DNA of 35,759 nt from Cyanobacteria bacterium auto_48_18 (GCA_036170915.1 JAVHQC010000003.1:1-35759), one strand, 5' to 3'; numbered from the stretch's first letter, positions 19,101 through 28,326 are shown. Made by a program: numbers and translations. Notes: generated by a model from the letters alone, not told the origin.

Positions 19101-19245
19101 AGAACATTTGGGTTGTTAGCCAACTATTTGGTGTCTTCTTGCGAATGTATACCGTCCATTCTATGCTTGACACATCGAAGTTGCAAGCTAGATATGAGAT
19201 GAGATTTGCAACGGGCGTATCAAATTAAAAGATTGGAGAAATGAA

Positions 19246-19662
19246 ATGAGTATTGAAACACTGACTAAAGAACAAACTAAAGCAATTGAATTTTTTGAAC
19301 AAAAACTTGCTTTCGAAATCGGACCGATTGCTCTCAAGTACGCACTGGCTGCTAAAGAACCAATTACGGTAGTCGATTTGCGTACACCTGATTTGTTTGC
19401 CAAAAGCCACATTCCTGGCGCGATCAATTTATCTTATGAAGAGTTGGAAAAAAGCACAAGCGCATTGAACAAAGATAAAACCACAGTTCTTCACTGTTAT
19501 GGAATCACTTGTGCATTAGGTGCTAAAGCGGCTTTGCTGTTGGCTAAGAAAGGCTATCCGGTTAAAGAATTGTTTGGCGGTTTTGATGAATATGCTGCCA
19601 ACAATCTTCCTTTGGAAGGCACCGAAGTTAAAGCTGGTACTTGCGGAACTTCCTGCGCATAG
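19246..19662 (+). CDS. Rhodanese-like domain protein (single-domain sulfurtransferase)
   Basis: VVDLRTPDLFAKSHIPGAINL, active-site loop HCYGITC, LAKKGYPVKELFGGFDEY; GGAG RBS. Confidence 0.92.
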   Translation: MSIETLTKEQTKAIEFFEQKLAFEIGPIALKYALAAKEPITVVDLRTPDLFAKSHIPGAINLSYEELEKSTSALNKDKTTVLHCYGITCALGAKAALLLAKKGYPVKELFGGFDEYAANNLPLEGTEVKAGTCGTSCA

Positions 19663-19704
19663 TCAGCGCAAGATTCATATGCACCAGATTTAGATAGCAA
19701 AAGA

Positions 19705-19739
19705 GAAGCGAGCACTTGCAGATGCTCGCTTCCTTTTTT
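19705..19739 (+). terminator. Rho-independent terminator after the rhodanese gene (possibly bidirectional)
   Basis: GAAGCGAGCA - 8-nt loop - TGCTCGCTTC followed by CTTTTTT; A-rich run just upstream. Confidence 0.85.
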
Positions 19740-19780
19740 ACGTCCCAGCGAATTGAACTTATTTAGCTAACGCTTAACGG

Positions 19781-20371
19781 TTAACGCTTATCTTGGGTGG
19801 CGTCGAGAATGCCTTTGAGAAGCAGTGCTCCGCCGGCTCCGGCTGCAGCGCCTTTAACTTCGTCGCCTTTTTTTGATACACCTGCTCCGAGCACGGCGCC
19901 ACCGATGACCATTTCCAGCCCACTATTATCTTGTCTTGGAAGGGGGCGGTCATAGATTCCTCTTGGTGGGTGTGGATCATGACGATGATCTCTATCACGA
20001 TCTCTATCGCGATCTCTATCAATAATAATTACATCTGGCTGGCGACGTGGTGGCTCGTGGCGAGGTCTTTCGACGATCACCACAGGTGGTAGAGGAACAA
20101 TACGGCAAGCCTCTTCTACTGGGATGCGCCCGGCATTGTAACGTCTGCCGTCACGGCCGTGAAGAACTACATCACCATCACGTTGAATGTGCAGATCTGC
20201 AAGTCCGCCGTTGTCTTCCATGCGTGCTGTCTTTAGCACCAAGCTGGTGAACTGCCCTGGGGTCATATCTTGGCAGTTTTGTCTCAGTATATTGGCTGTT
20301 CTTTGTGGATCGATGCAATCTACGGCGTTAGCTACGAATTTTGCTTCTCGTTCGATGAAGTTGTCGGGCAT
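19781..20371 (-). CDS. Hypothetical protein with an Asp-Arg dipeptide run and a C-terminal glycine-zipper-like segment
   Basis: GAGG RBS before the ATG; DRDRDRDRDRD encoded by 12-nt repeats; VIGGAVLGAGV...GAAAGAGGALLLKG. Confidence 0.65.
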   Translation of the reverse strand: MPDNFIEREAKFVANAVDCIDPQRTANILRQNCQDMTPGQFTSLVLKTARMEDNGGLADLHIQRDGDVVLHGRDGRRYNAGRIPVEEACRIVPLPPVVIVERPRHEPPRRQPDVIIIDRDRDRDRDRDHRHDPHPPRGIYDRPLPRQDNSGLEMVIGGAVLGAGVSKKGDEVKGAAAGAGGALLLKGILDATQDKR

Positions 20372-20426
20372 GTGTATCTACCTCGGGTTTCGCTGGGTGG
20401 GTCGTGCATTTACTTTGCTGCACAAA

Positions 20427-20444
20427 TGTGAAACCACTGTGAAA
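20427..20444 (-). promoter_or_regulatory. Tandem direct repeat TTTCACA-N4-TTTCACA, candidate OmpR/PhoB-type box
   Basis: TGTGAAA at 20427-20433 and 20438-20444 (11-bp period), 56-73 nt upstream of the 20371 start. Confidence 0.4.
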
Positions 20445-20469
20445 TCTTTCTAGAGCAAGGAAAGCGAGG

Positions 20470-21756
20470 TCAGAGAAAGGGAATAAAGTGCGCCGCTGCC
20501 TGCGAAGTAATGGCGTGATTCAACTTAATCAAGTCTTCGCCCACAGGTAGCGCGGCAATCATGGCGTCAAGCTCATCTGCATAACAGCCGCTCACAGCAC
20601 CACCCATGCGGTGTACGGCGCGTTCAACCAGAAGCTGACTGCTTTGCATAGACTCGTGGCTATTGGCATAAACAGTAATGTACATTCCGACTTTAGTGGC
20701 CGCCATCTCTGTCTGGCAGAAGGCTTGAATTTTAGCCAGATGCTCTGGTGGTGTTACTGGTCCGTGGTTTTTAACGGTGGTGCCGAGATGATAATTGAGG
20801 CGAGCTTTTTGTTTAAGAGCTGGAAGATTGCAGCGCGAGAAATAAACCGAGAATGCTGAATCGCAATCAATATCAAGGATTTTGTTGAACAAACCAAAAT
20901 TGGCTTCCATGGGCAAATTAGATAGGTGCAGGGTGGAGACGAATTTGCCGTCAATTAATACATAGTTGAGTTTGTGTTCAAAGCCAGCTTCGCACAATGA
21001 CAAAAGATCTTCACCATGGGTGATGGCATCATTTTCAATCTCGGCCTGCCAGTGTGAGGGGCTTAACTGGCCATATAAAAGTTGGCGCAGTTGCCTTTTA
21101 TCAATTGCTGCTGTTGCCAGGCCGAGCTTTGTCATTCTCCTGGCCAATCTTTCTGAGCGCATTTGCTTTTGTTTAGCTGGCAAAGAATCGTCAGACCCGA
21201 GCTCTGCTGAAGTCTCTTTTGTAATGATATAAAAGTCTCTGTCTTCGCCTTTCTGCATCCATTGCGGCGGAGAATAGATCTGCACTGGTGCATAATGATC
21301 GCTTGCAAAGTCAATCAGCAAATCTGCTATTTTCAAACGCTGCACGGCGTCTAATTTTTGCAAGTGATCATTATCAATTTTCAGGCAGGAGCATATTGTA
21401 TTTTTGCCTGCCAGAGGTGAAGACTGATTTTGCACCGCCAATTTCCCTTCAAGATCAAATTCAGGTAAATAGAGGGGCAATGGACCACGCAGGTGTTGAA
21501 TGCGTTTCACCCACCACTTCAAAGGTTTCAGCTCAAGCGCTTTTACATTGGCAGCAATAATCGAAAAGAAAGCAATGAATACAATAATGCTGCAGGGCAG
21601 ATTGCCGAATCTATATGATGGATGGATAAAGAGTGAAAGCTTCAAAGCCACCAGGCTGGCTGCAATTAAACACAGCAAGGGCAAGGGTTTGAAATCAAAA
21701 ATGCGAATCGGCCTGTCTAAAATCACCACGGGATATCTATCCATGAATTCACTCAT
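20470..21756 (-). CDS. PrgI-like membrane domain fused to a VirB4/TraE N-terminal-like region, no ATPase domain
   Basis: RIFDFKPLPLL plus two TM helices plus LKPLKWW; YVLIDGKFVSTLHLSNLP; VGMYITVYANSHESM; AMIAALPVGEDL...ITSQAAAHFIPF. No Walker A/B motifs. Confidence 0.55.
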   Translation of the reverse strand: MSEFMDRYPVVILDRPIRIFDFKPLPLLCLIAASLVALKLSLFIHPSYRFGNLPCSIIVFIAFFSIIAANVKALELKPLKWWVKRIQHLRGPLPLYLPEFDLEGKLAVQNQSSPLAGKNTICSCLKIDNDHLQKLDAVQRLKIADLLIDFASDHYAPVQIYSPPQWMQKGEDRDFYIITKETSAELGSDDSLPAKQKQMRSERLARRMTKLGLATAAIDKRQLRQLLYGQLSPSHWQAEIENDAITHGEDLLSLCEAGFEHKLNYVLIDGKFVSTLHLSNLPMEANFGLFNKILDIDCDSAFSVYFSRCNLPALKQKARLNYHLGTTVKNHGPVTPPEHLAKIQAFCQTEMAATKVGMYITVYANSHESMQSSQLLVERAVHRMGGAVSGCYADELDAMIAALPVGEDLIKLNHAITSQAAAHFIPFL

Positions 21757-21910
21757 GCTTTAGTAATGGCGTGCCAAATGCGTTGTTCGACCTTAACATC
21801 AGGTCGTCGGCTAAAACATGGGGTTAAGGATAGTGTTTCCAAGTGTCACTGGTGGAACTTAATCACCGGCTTCGCGTCTCACCGTCGACCCAGCTAAGGA
21901 GAAAGTTTTT

Positions 21911-22351
21911 ATGGCTACTAATGTCACCGGCAATACGGTGGAACAAATCAATGGTTTGCTCAGAGGTGAACTGAGCGCGCTTGAGACTTACAGACAGGCT
22001 CTAGAAAAAGTTGAAGACAGAACCGCTAAAAATGTCCTCAAAGAATGCCATATGTGTCATTCAAAAAGAGTAGACAGCATTGTTGAGAAAATCGTCGCGC
22101 TTGGCGGTAAGCCAGTAGAGGATTCAGGCGTTTGGGGCTCTTTCGCTAAACTGATGGAAGGCGGCGCCGCGGCGTTTGGCGATAAATCTGCCATTGCTAT
22201 GTTAGAGGAAGGGGAAGACAAAGGCTTGCGCGACTATAAAAAGTTGCTCGAAGAAACAAATCCACACGTAAGGGAACTGGCTTCCAGCTTGGTCTCGGCC
22301 CAAGAAGGCACTCATGGCAAAATGCGTAATGTGAAACTGTTGCTGAAATAG
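21911..22351 (+). CDS. PA2169/DUF2383 family ferritin-like four-helix-bundle protein
   Basis: INGLLRGELSALETYRQALEK, LGGKPVEDSGVWGSFAK, AMLEEGEDKGLRDY; AAGGAG RBS. Confidence 0.85.
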   Translation: MATNVTGNTVEQINGLLRGELSALETYRQALEKVEDRTAKNVLKECHMCHSKRVDSIVEKIVALGGKPVEDSGVWGSFAKLMEGGAAAFGDKSAIAMLEEGEDKGLRDYKKLLEETNPHVRELASSLVSAQEGTHGKMRNVKLLLK

Positions 22352-22370
22352 ATTTTCAAATGCCGATTGC

Positions 22371-25300
22371 TCAAATGGTCGAGTCTTGTTTATCAAGGCT
22401 CGACTGTTTGTCTTTTTGCTTCCGGCTGCCGCTGAGCAGGCAGTAGAGAACAGGCAGAACCAAAAGGGTGAGCAAGGTTGAGCTTACCAACCCACCAATT
22501 ACAACTGTGGCTAAGGGCCTCTGCACTTCAGCTCCTGAGCTAGTGGAAAGCGCCATGGGTAAGAAGCCCAGAGCTGCCACCATGGCAGTCATAATTACTG
22601 GTCGAAAGCGAGCTTTGACACCTTGCCTCACAGCCTCTTCCACCTCGACACCGGCGCCCACAAGGCGGTTGATATGACTGACTAGCACGACGCCGTTGAG
22701 GACCGCCACGCCGAATAGAGCAATGAAACCAATGGCTGCCGGCACAGAGAGGTACAAATGGCGCAAGTAAAGCGCTACCACTCCACCGATTAAGGCGAAA
22801 GGTACATTGAGCAGAACTAAAAGAGCATGGTTGATGTTGCCAAATGTCAGAGTCAACAGCAGAAAAATAATGACAATGGAAAGTGGCACTAATATGGCCA
22901 GTTTGCCCATGGCCCTCTCTTGATTTTCAAATTGTCCACCCCAGGCCATATGCGTGCCTGGGCTTAACTTTACTGCCTGATTGATTTTGCTCTGACACTC
23001 TTTGACAAAACTGCCGATGTCACGGCCGCGTACATTGCATTGCACCACAATGCGCCGCTGGCCCTGTTCGCGGTTGACAAGCTCAAGGCCTGACTCAAGC
23101 TTCACTTGTGCCACTTGCGATAACGGCACGCGCTTGTTTGATTTGCCAGATTGTGTCTCTACTAATAATTCACCAACCGCCTCCGGTTCCATGTTGATGC
23201 CGAGCGGCAGCCGCACGCGCAGGTCGAATCTTTTGCGCCCGTCTAAAATTTGTGAAACCGAAGTGCCCATGATTGCTGTTTCGGCAATGGTTTTAATATC
23301 CTCGACGTTCACTCCATAGCGGGCCATGCGCACTCGGTCTGGAATAATCAAAAGTTGTTCGCCGCCTTGCAATTTTTCTACCTGCAAATCGGCAGCACCA
23401 GGGATAGTGGCAATGACTTTCTCCACTTCTTTAGCGCGTGCTTGCAGGTCGTCCACATTTTCGCCAAAAATTTTCACAGCCACGTCGGCTCTTACGCCTG
23501 AAACCAGCTCATCTACCCGCATAGCAATCGGTTGGGTAAAATTGAACTGGGCGCCGGCAATATTTTTGCTCAGCATTTCTCTGATCTCTTGGGTCAATTG
23601 ATCTTTGGTCAGACCTGGTCGCCATTTGCTGCGTTCTTTCAGCATGACAAAGCAATCTGTGCCGTAGACGCCCATAGGATCTGTGGCCAAGTCTGGTCGC
23701 CCTGTGCGTGAGACTACGGTTTTGACCTCGGGCACTGATTTTATTAAGGTCTCAACGTCAGAACATATTTTTAAAGCATATGGCAATGAAATGCTGGGAA
23801 TGTTTTTTACTTCAATTAGTATGTCGCCTTCATCTAAGCGAGGCACGAACTCAGTGCCGAGAAATGGCAGCAGTGAGAGGGCTGACATAAAGATGGTGGT
23901 AGCACAAATTAGCGTCATTATTTTATGTCGCATCGCCAGTGTGAATGCCACCAGATATGGTTTGTAGAGCAGCTTAATTAAAAAGTTGTCGCTATGTTTT
24001 GGTGCTTTCTTGATAATCAAAATTGTCAGCACCGGCACGAGCAACAGTGAAACGAAAAGCGAGCCGAGCAGAGCCGACGAGACAGTCACCACCATGGGTG
24101 AAAAGAGCTTATATTCCATGCCTTCAAGACCAAGAATGGGCATGTAGACAACAGTAATGATCGCCACTCCAAAAAGGATAGGGCGGAATACTTCACGCGC
24201 AGAGGCCTCAATTATGCTGGTTGATGAAGGCTGAGGAACTTCCGGATGCAACTGCGCTTGCTCTTGAGCCTCGCTTAAATGTCTGAGCGAGTTTTCCACC
24301 ATGACGATAGCGCCGTCAACAATCATGCCAAAATCAATGGCACCCAGGCTCATGATATTGGCTGTAACACCAAGCAAGCGCATACCGATGAATGAAAACA
24401 TCATCGAAAGAGGAATAGCCGATGCACAGATCAAAGCGGCCGGTAAGCTATCTACAGTCAGTAAAAGTACGATTACGACCAGTGCCCCACCTTTAAGCAA
24501 ATTGTCTTTGACTGTTTCAATCGTTTCGCCTACCAGGCCTGACTGATCATAAAACGGCTCAAGGAAGACCCCTTCAGGTAGTGTTTTGCTTATTTCTTTC
24601 AGCTTTTCAGTTACGCGCTCAATAACAGCCTTGCTGTTTTCTCCCTTTAACATCATCACCATACCAAGCACCACTTCACCCTGGCCGTTGCGTGTGGCTG
24701 CTCCCTGACGCAGTGCGCTACCATGGTAAACTCTGCCGATATTTTTGATTATGATTGGCACCCCATCAACGGTGCGCACGACAATATTCTCAATGTCCGC
24801 CAGCGAATTGGCTCTGCCCAGGCCGCGCACCACGAACTGCTCGTTTTCGTGATTAATCAAGCCTGCGCCGAAATTGTCATTGTTTTTTTCTATGGCGGCA
24901 AAGACATCTCTCATGGTCAAGCCGTATTGTTGCAAGGTTGTTGGTTTTACTTCCACCTCGTATTCGTCAGTCAAACCGCCCCAGGTATTAACCTCTGCCA
25001 CACCAGGGACGGTGCGCAGTCGATATTTAATATCCCAATCTTGAATGGTTTTTATTTCAGTGGCTGAATAGCCGCGGCCGCTCAAGACATATTGATAAAT
25101 TTCACCCATAGCTGTAGAAATTGGCCCTAGCTGTGGATTAACGTTAGCCGGTAGTCTCCCTCGAGCACTCTGCAATCTTTCCAAAACCAGTTGCCTGGCA
25201 AAATATGTATCGACTTTGTCTTTGAAAATAACAGAGACAACAGAAAGACCATATTTTGAAATGGAACGGGTTTCGTCTACATTGGGCAAGCCACTCATGA

Positions 25301-25511
25301 CCGATTCGAGCGGGATAGTGACCAGTTCTTCTACTTCTACAGGGCCTAAGCCGGGAGATTCAGTGAGAATTTGTACTTGATTATTGGCCAGATCGGGAAA
25401 AGCATCGATAGGTAGGCTAAGCAAACAGATGATACCGGCTACGGTGACGGCAAAAAAGAGCGTCAAAACGAGAAGCCGCTGTCTGATTAAGCCTGCCAGA
25501 AAGTTTTCCAA
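22371..25511 (-). CDS. czcA: CusA/CzcA family heavy-metal efflux RND transporter
   Basis: LPIDAFPDL, SKYGLSVV, GEIYQY, ANIMSLGAIDFGMIVDGAIVMVEN, LGTEFVPRLDEG, FTQPI, GFIALFGVAVLNG, RFRPVIMTA, GAEVQRPLATVVIGG; TTG start with GAGG RBS. Confidence 0.93.
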   Translation of the reverse strand: MENFLAGLIRQRLLVLTLFFAVTVAGIICLLSLPIDAFPDLANNQVQILTESPGLGPVEVEELVTIPLESVMSGLPNVDETRSISKYGLSVVSVIFKDKVDTYFARQLVLERLQSARGRLPANVNPQLGPISTAMGEIYQYVLSGRGYSATEIKTIQDWDIKYRLRTVPGVAEVNTWGGLTDEYEVEVKPTTLQQYGLTMRDVFAAIEKNNDNFGAGLINHENEQFVVRGLGRANSLADIENIVVRTVDGVPIIIKNIGRVYHGSALRQGAATRNGQGEVVLGMVMMLKGENSKAVIERVTEKLKEISKTLPEGVFLEPFYDQSGLVGETIETVKDNLLKGGALVVIVLLLTVDSLPAALICASAIPLSMMFSFIGMRLLGVTANIMSLGAIDFGMIVDGAIVMVENSLRHLSEAQEQAQLHPEVPQPSSTSIIEASAREVFRPILFGVAIITVVYMPILGLEGMEYKLFSPMVVTVSSALLGSLFVSLLLVPVLTILIIKKAPKHSDNFLIKLLYKPYLVAFTLAMRHKIMTLICATTIFMSALSLLPFLGTEFVPRLDEGDILIEVKNIPSISLPYALKICSDVETLIKSVPEVKTVVSRTGRPDLATDPMGVYGTDCFVMLKERSKWRPGLTKDQLTQEIREMLSKNIAGAQFNFTQPIAMRVDELVSGVRADVAVKIFGENVDDLQARAKEVEKVIATIPGAADLQVEKLQGGEQLLIIPDRVRMARYGVNVEDIKTIAETAIMGTSVSQILDGRKRFDLRVRLPLGINMEPEAVGELLVETQSGKSNKRVPLSQVAQVKLESGLELVNREQGQRRIVVQCNVRGRDIGSFVKECQSKINQAVKLSPGTHMAWGGQFENQERAMGKLAILVPLSIVIIFLLLTLTFGNINHALLVLLNVPFALIGGVVALYLRHLYLSVPAAIGFIALFGVAVLNGVVLVSHINRLVGAGVEVEEAVRQGVKARFRPVIMTAMVAALGFLPMALSTSSGAEVQRPLATVVIGGLVSSTLLTLLVLPVLYCLLSGSRKQKDKQSSLDKQDSTI

Positions 25512-25526
25512 CTGTACCTCTCAGTG

Positions 25527-26774
25527 CTAGTCTTCGGAAGCGCCGTTGATTTTTCGCAGAAATTCGGCTTTGAGAGTGAGGCCGCCGTTGTTTACCACAG
25601 CAGCCCCGCTACTGATGCCTGATTTAACTAAGTGGCCGTCCAGTAAACGTTCTCCCAGTTCAATTGAGCATTTTTGATATTTACCGCCACCCATATCGGC
25701 AAAAACAAAGACGTCTTTGCCATAACGTTGAATGGCATTGTCGGCTACGTAAGGCAGCGTTTCTTTGCGGTTGGTATGAATGGTGGCGTTGCCGAACATG
25801 CCTGGTTTAAGCAGCAAGCCGCGATTAGGCAGTACTGCCCGAGCCAGAAATGTGCGGGTGTCACCAGCCAGAGGCTGTATATAGCTAATCTTGCCGTCAA
25901 ATTTGTGACCGGGCAGGCTATCGCTGACAAAGGTAACGGCCTGCCCTATTTTGATTTGCGCCAGATCTTTATCGTAAATAGTGATATCAAGCCAGATGTC
26001 GGAAAGGTCAGCCACTACATATAGTGGCTCAGTCGTACTGACCACGTCACCCAGAGTTATTGTTTTTTTTATGATTATGCCTGCTCGCGGCGCAGTTAGC
26101 GGGCTATCACTGTCGATTTTATGACTGTCATAATTGCGCAGATGCTTGCCGTAAGCTGAAAGCATCGCTTCTGTTTCTGAAGTCAGGTGAATGTCGTGTT
26201 CTTTAACACCCTTGAGTTCGATGGTAAGTTGGTCTACTGCATTGCGAGCGGTCAACACGTCTTTTTGCGGCGCAATGCCTTCGTCGGCCAGTTTATTCAG
26301 GCGCTCGAGATTTTTGTTGGCCAGCTCTAAACGCGAATTTAGCTGACTGGCCAGAATTTCATTAGAATGTTTCTGGTGAATGTATTCGCCAATTAGTTTT
26401 GTCACTTCGAGATTTTGCACCACTGCCAGTGTCTGACCTTGATGAATCAAATCGCCTAAATTGACTTTGTCTTCAGTTACTCGGCCGCCCACCATGGAGT
26501 TGATGTGGAAAACATGATTTTCGTCAGCTTTCAGTTCGCCGGTGGTTTTAATATCGCTGGTATAGCTCATTTCTTTTAAAGGCTGACTTTTAATTTCAGC
26601 ATTGGCAGCAGCCTGCGGGCTCAAGGTAATAATGTCTTGATTGCTCGGGGCGTCCGTTTTCTTTATAACGCTGACATTGGTGCCGCCACCGCCCTGAGTA
26701 ATTGTGTTTGAATTGCAGGCACTAAGTAGTGTGGTGCTCAAAATTCCGACAAAAAGTATTTGATTGACATTCAC
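25527..26774 (-). CDS. RND efflux periplasmic adaptor (CzcB/CusB-like), lipoprotein; start re-called at GTG 26774
   Basis: Lipobox LLSAC after a hydrophobic stretch; TTGEL...VGGRV...VNLGD, LTAPRAGIII, LYVVADLSDIWL, LLKPGMFG. The GTG lies 1 nt after the upstream TPR stop. Confidence 0.88.
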   Translation of the reverse strand: MNVNQILFVGILSTTLLSACNSNTITQGGGGTNVSVIKKTDAPSNQDIITLSPQAAANAEIKSQPLKEMSYTSDIKTTGELKADENHVFHINSMVGGRVTEDKVNLGDLIHQGQTLAVVQNLEVTKLIGEYIHQKHSNEILASQLNSRLELANKNLERLNKLADEGIAPQKDVLTARNAVDQLTIELKGVKEHDIHLTSETEAMLSAYGKHLRNYDSHKIDSDSPLTAPRAGIIIKKTITLGDVVSTTEPLYVVADLSDIWLDITIYDKDLAQIKIGQAVTFVSDSLPGHKFDGKISYIQPLAGDTRTFLARAVLPNRGLLLKPGMFGNATIHTNRKETLPYVADNAIQRYGKDVFVFADMGGGKYQKCSIELGERLLDGHLVKSGISSGAAVVNNGGLTLKAEFLRKINGASED

Positions 26775-26775
26775 A

Positions 26776-28275
26776 CTAAGCGCTTGCTTTAAGAATGGCC
26801 TGGGCACACACTCGCATATGTTCGGCCTCGGCTTCGCGGTATGTAGCCGAAAGCAAGTCGGCATAGCCGTCCAGTGAGCGAGCCACATCTGGATGATTAG
26901 GGCCAAGGCATTTGGTGCGAATATCAAGGGCGCGTTTGTAATTCTTCTCAGCCAGATCATAACGGCCGTCGAAACGCATAATTTCAGCCAGATAATGCAG
27001 GCATGCTGCCACATCAGGATGATCCAGGCCAAGATTCATTTCTCTCAGCTCAGTCAATTGTTTAAGCAGCGCCTCTGCTTCTTTATATTTGGTCTGCTGC
27101 AGATAACAAATGATCAAGCTATCAATGCAAGCCTGAGTATCAGGATGTGCCATGCCCAGCTTGCGCTCGCGCAAATCCATGAGCCGTTTCCAGTAAGGCT
27201 CAGCTTTCTGATAGCGATTGTGATTGTGATACAGACAGGCGAGATCCCATAGCCGTGCTTCTACTTCAGGGCTTTCGGCACTGCGGGCCGCTTCCGTAAT
27301 GCTCAGCGCTTCTTTGTATAGGTTTTCTGCCAGCAAATATTTATTGTCTGACTGATGCACAAAAGCGATGCTGGCAAGAATTTCGGCTACTTCGGCACTG
27401 TGTCTGCCGAGAGCGCGCTCGCGAATCGACAAAGCGCGCTTGTAGAGACGTTCGGCGTCAGCGAACCGACCTTCAAATAAATGTGATCCAGCTAAATTGG
27501 TGATGCATGCCACCACTTCAGGATGGTTGGGGCCAAGCGCGATTTCATTTACTCCCAGAAGTTTTTCCAGGTGTTTGCTGGCTGCTTTGTGGTGCCCGTT
27601 GGCCTGGCAGACTGCGGCGAGATTGACAAGCACAGGCATCAAATCGGCGTGATCATCGCCAATAGTGTCGGAGAGAATGGTCACTGCTTCTGTGAGAAGC
27701 GGCTCGGCTTCAATAAAACGATCTTGCGACCAGTAAACATTAGCCAGATTGTGCAGAATATCGCCCACTTCAGGATGGCTGCGACCGAGAGCTTTTTCTT
27801 TGACGTCAAGGGCCCGCTTAAAAAGCTCTTCGGCCAAACGGTTTTTGCCCTGAGCAGCATAAATAAGAGCTAGATTGTTAACTGAAGTTGCCACTTCAGG
27901 ATTATCAGCACCAAGTGCTTGCTCATATATCTCAGTTAAGCGCTTGCAGGGGACCTCGGCTTTTTCATGATTGCCCTGGAAAAAATAGAGGGCCGAAAGA
28001 TTATTGAGCGCAGCCACAACCAGGTCGTCGTGCGGCTTTAGCAGCTTGTCGCGCACCTTCAGGGTGTGGTTGAAATGCGGCTCAGCCTCGTCATAGCGCT
28101 CGAGTTCGAATAATAACTCGCCCAGCCGCTCAGAACAGTTGGCAGTGCCAAGCTCGTCACCTTGTTTTTCGGAGTCGGCTAGCGCTGCCTTAAAATAAGA
28201 CTCTGCTTGCTCAAGGTTGCCCTTTTCGAAAGCGTCATTGCCCTGTTCAAAAAACTTTTCCCAATCTTTGCTCAT
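26776..28275 (-). CDS. Kinesin-light-chain-type (42-aa) TPR protein
   Basis: Repeated LGxxHPEVA...LNNLA..Y..QG....AE.L..RAL units across the protein. Confidence 0.92.
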   Translation of the reverse strand: MSKDWEKFFEQGNDAFEKGNLEQAESYFKAALADSEKQGDELGTANCSERLGELLFELERYDEAEPHFNHTLKVRDKLLKPHDDLVVAALNNLSALYFFQGNHEKAEVPCKRLTEIYEQALGADNPEVATSVNNLALIYAAQGKNRLAEELFKRALDVKEKALGRSHPEVGDILHNLANVYWSQDRFIEAEPLLTEAVTILSDTIGDDHADLMPVLVNLAAVCQANGHHKAASKHLEKLLGVNEIALGPNHPEVVACITNLAGSHLFEGRFADAERLYKRALSIRERALGRHSAEVAEILASIAFVHQSDNKYLLAENLYKEALSITEAARSAESPEVEARLWDLACLYHNHNRYQKAEPYWKRLMDLRERKLGMAHPDTQACIDSLIICYLQQTKYKEAEALLKQLTELREMNLGLDHPDVAACLHYLAEIMRFDGRYDLAEKNYKRALDIRTKCLGPNHPDVARSLDGYADLLSATYREAEAEHMRVCAQAILKASA

Positions 28276-28298
28276 CTAAAGTCGTATGGATCCTGGTT

Positions 28299-28326
28299 AT
28301 TGTGGCTTAGCCGGCGGTAATGTCAA
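28299..28326 (-). promoter_or_regulatory. Possible sigma70-type promoter for the TPR-adaptor-czcA operon
   Basis: Minus-strand TTGACA (28326-28321), 16-nt spacer, CACAAT (28304-28299), about 25 nt before the ATG at 28275. Confidence 0.35.

Noticed and set aside
21788..21829. Short inverted repeats (CCTTAAC...GTTAAGG; CGACCT...AGGTCG) in a divergent intergenic region
   Set aside because: Arms of only 6-7 bp could arise by chance; there is no supporting context.
26775..27032. 86-aa N-terminal extension of the RND adaptor given in the ORF track
   Set aside because: It overlaps the TPR gene out of frame; a GTG at 26774 followed by a lipoprotein signal gives a normal adaptor.
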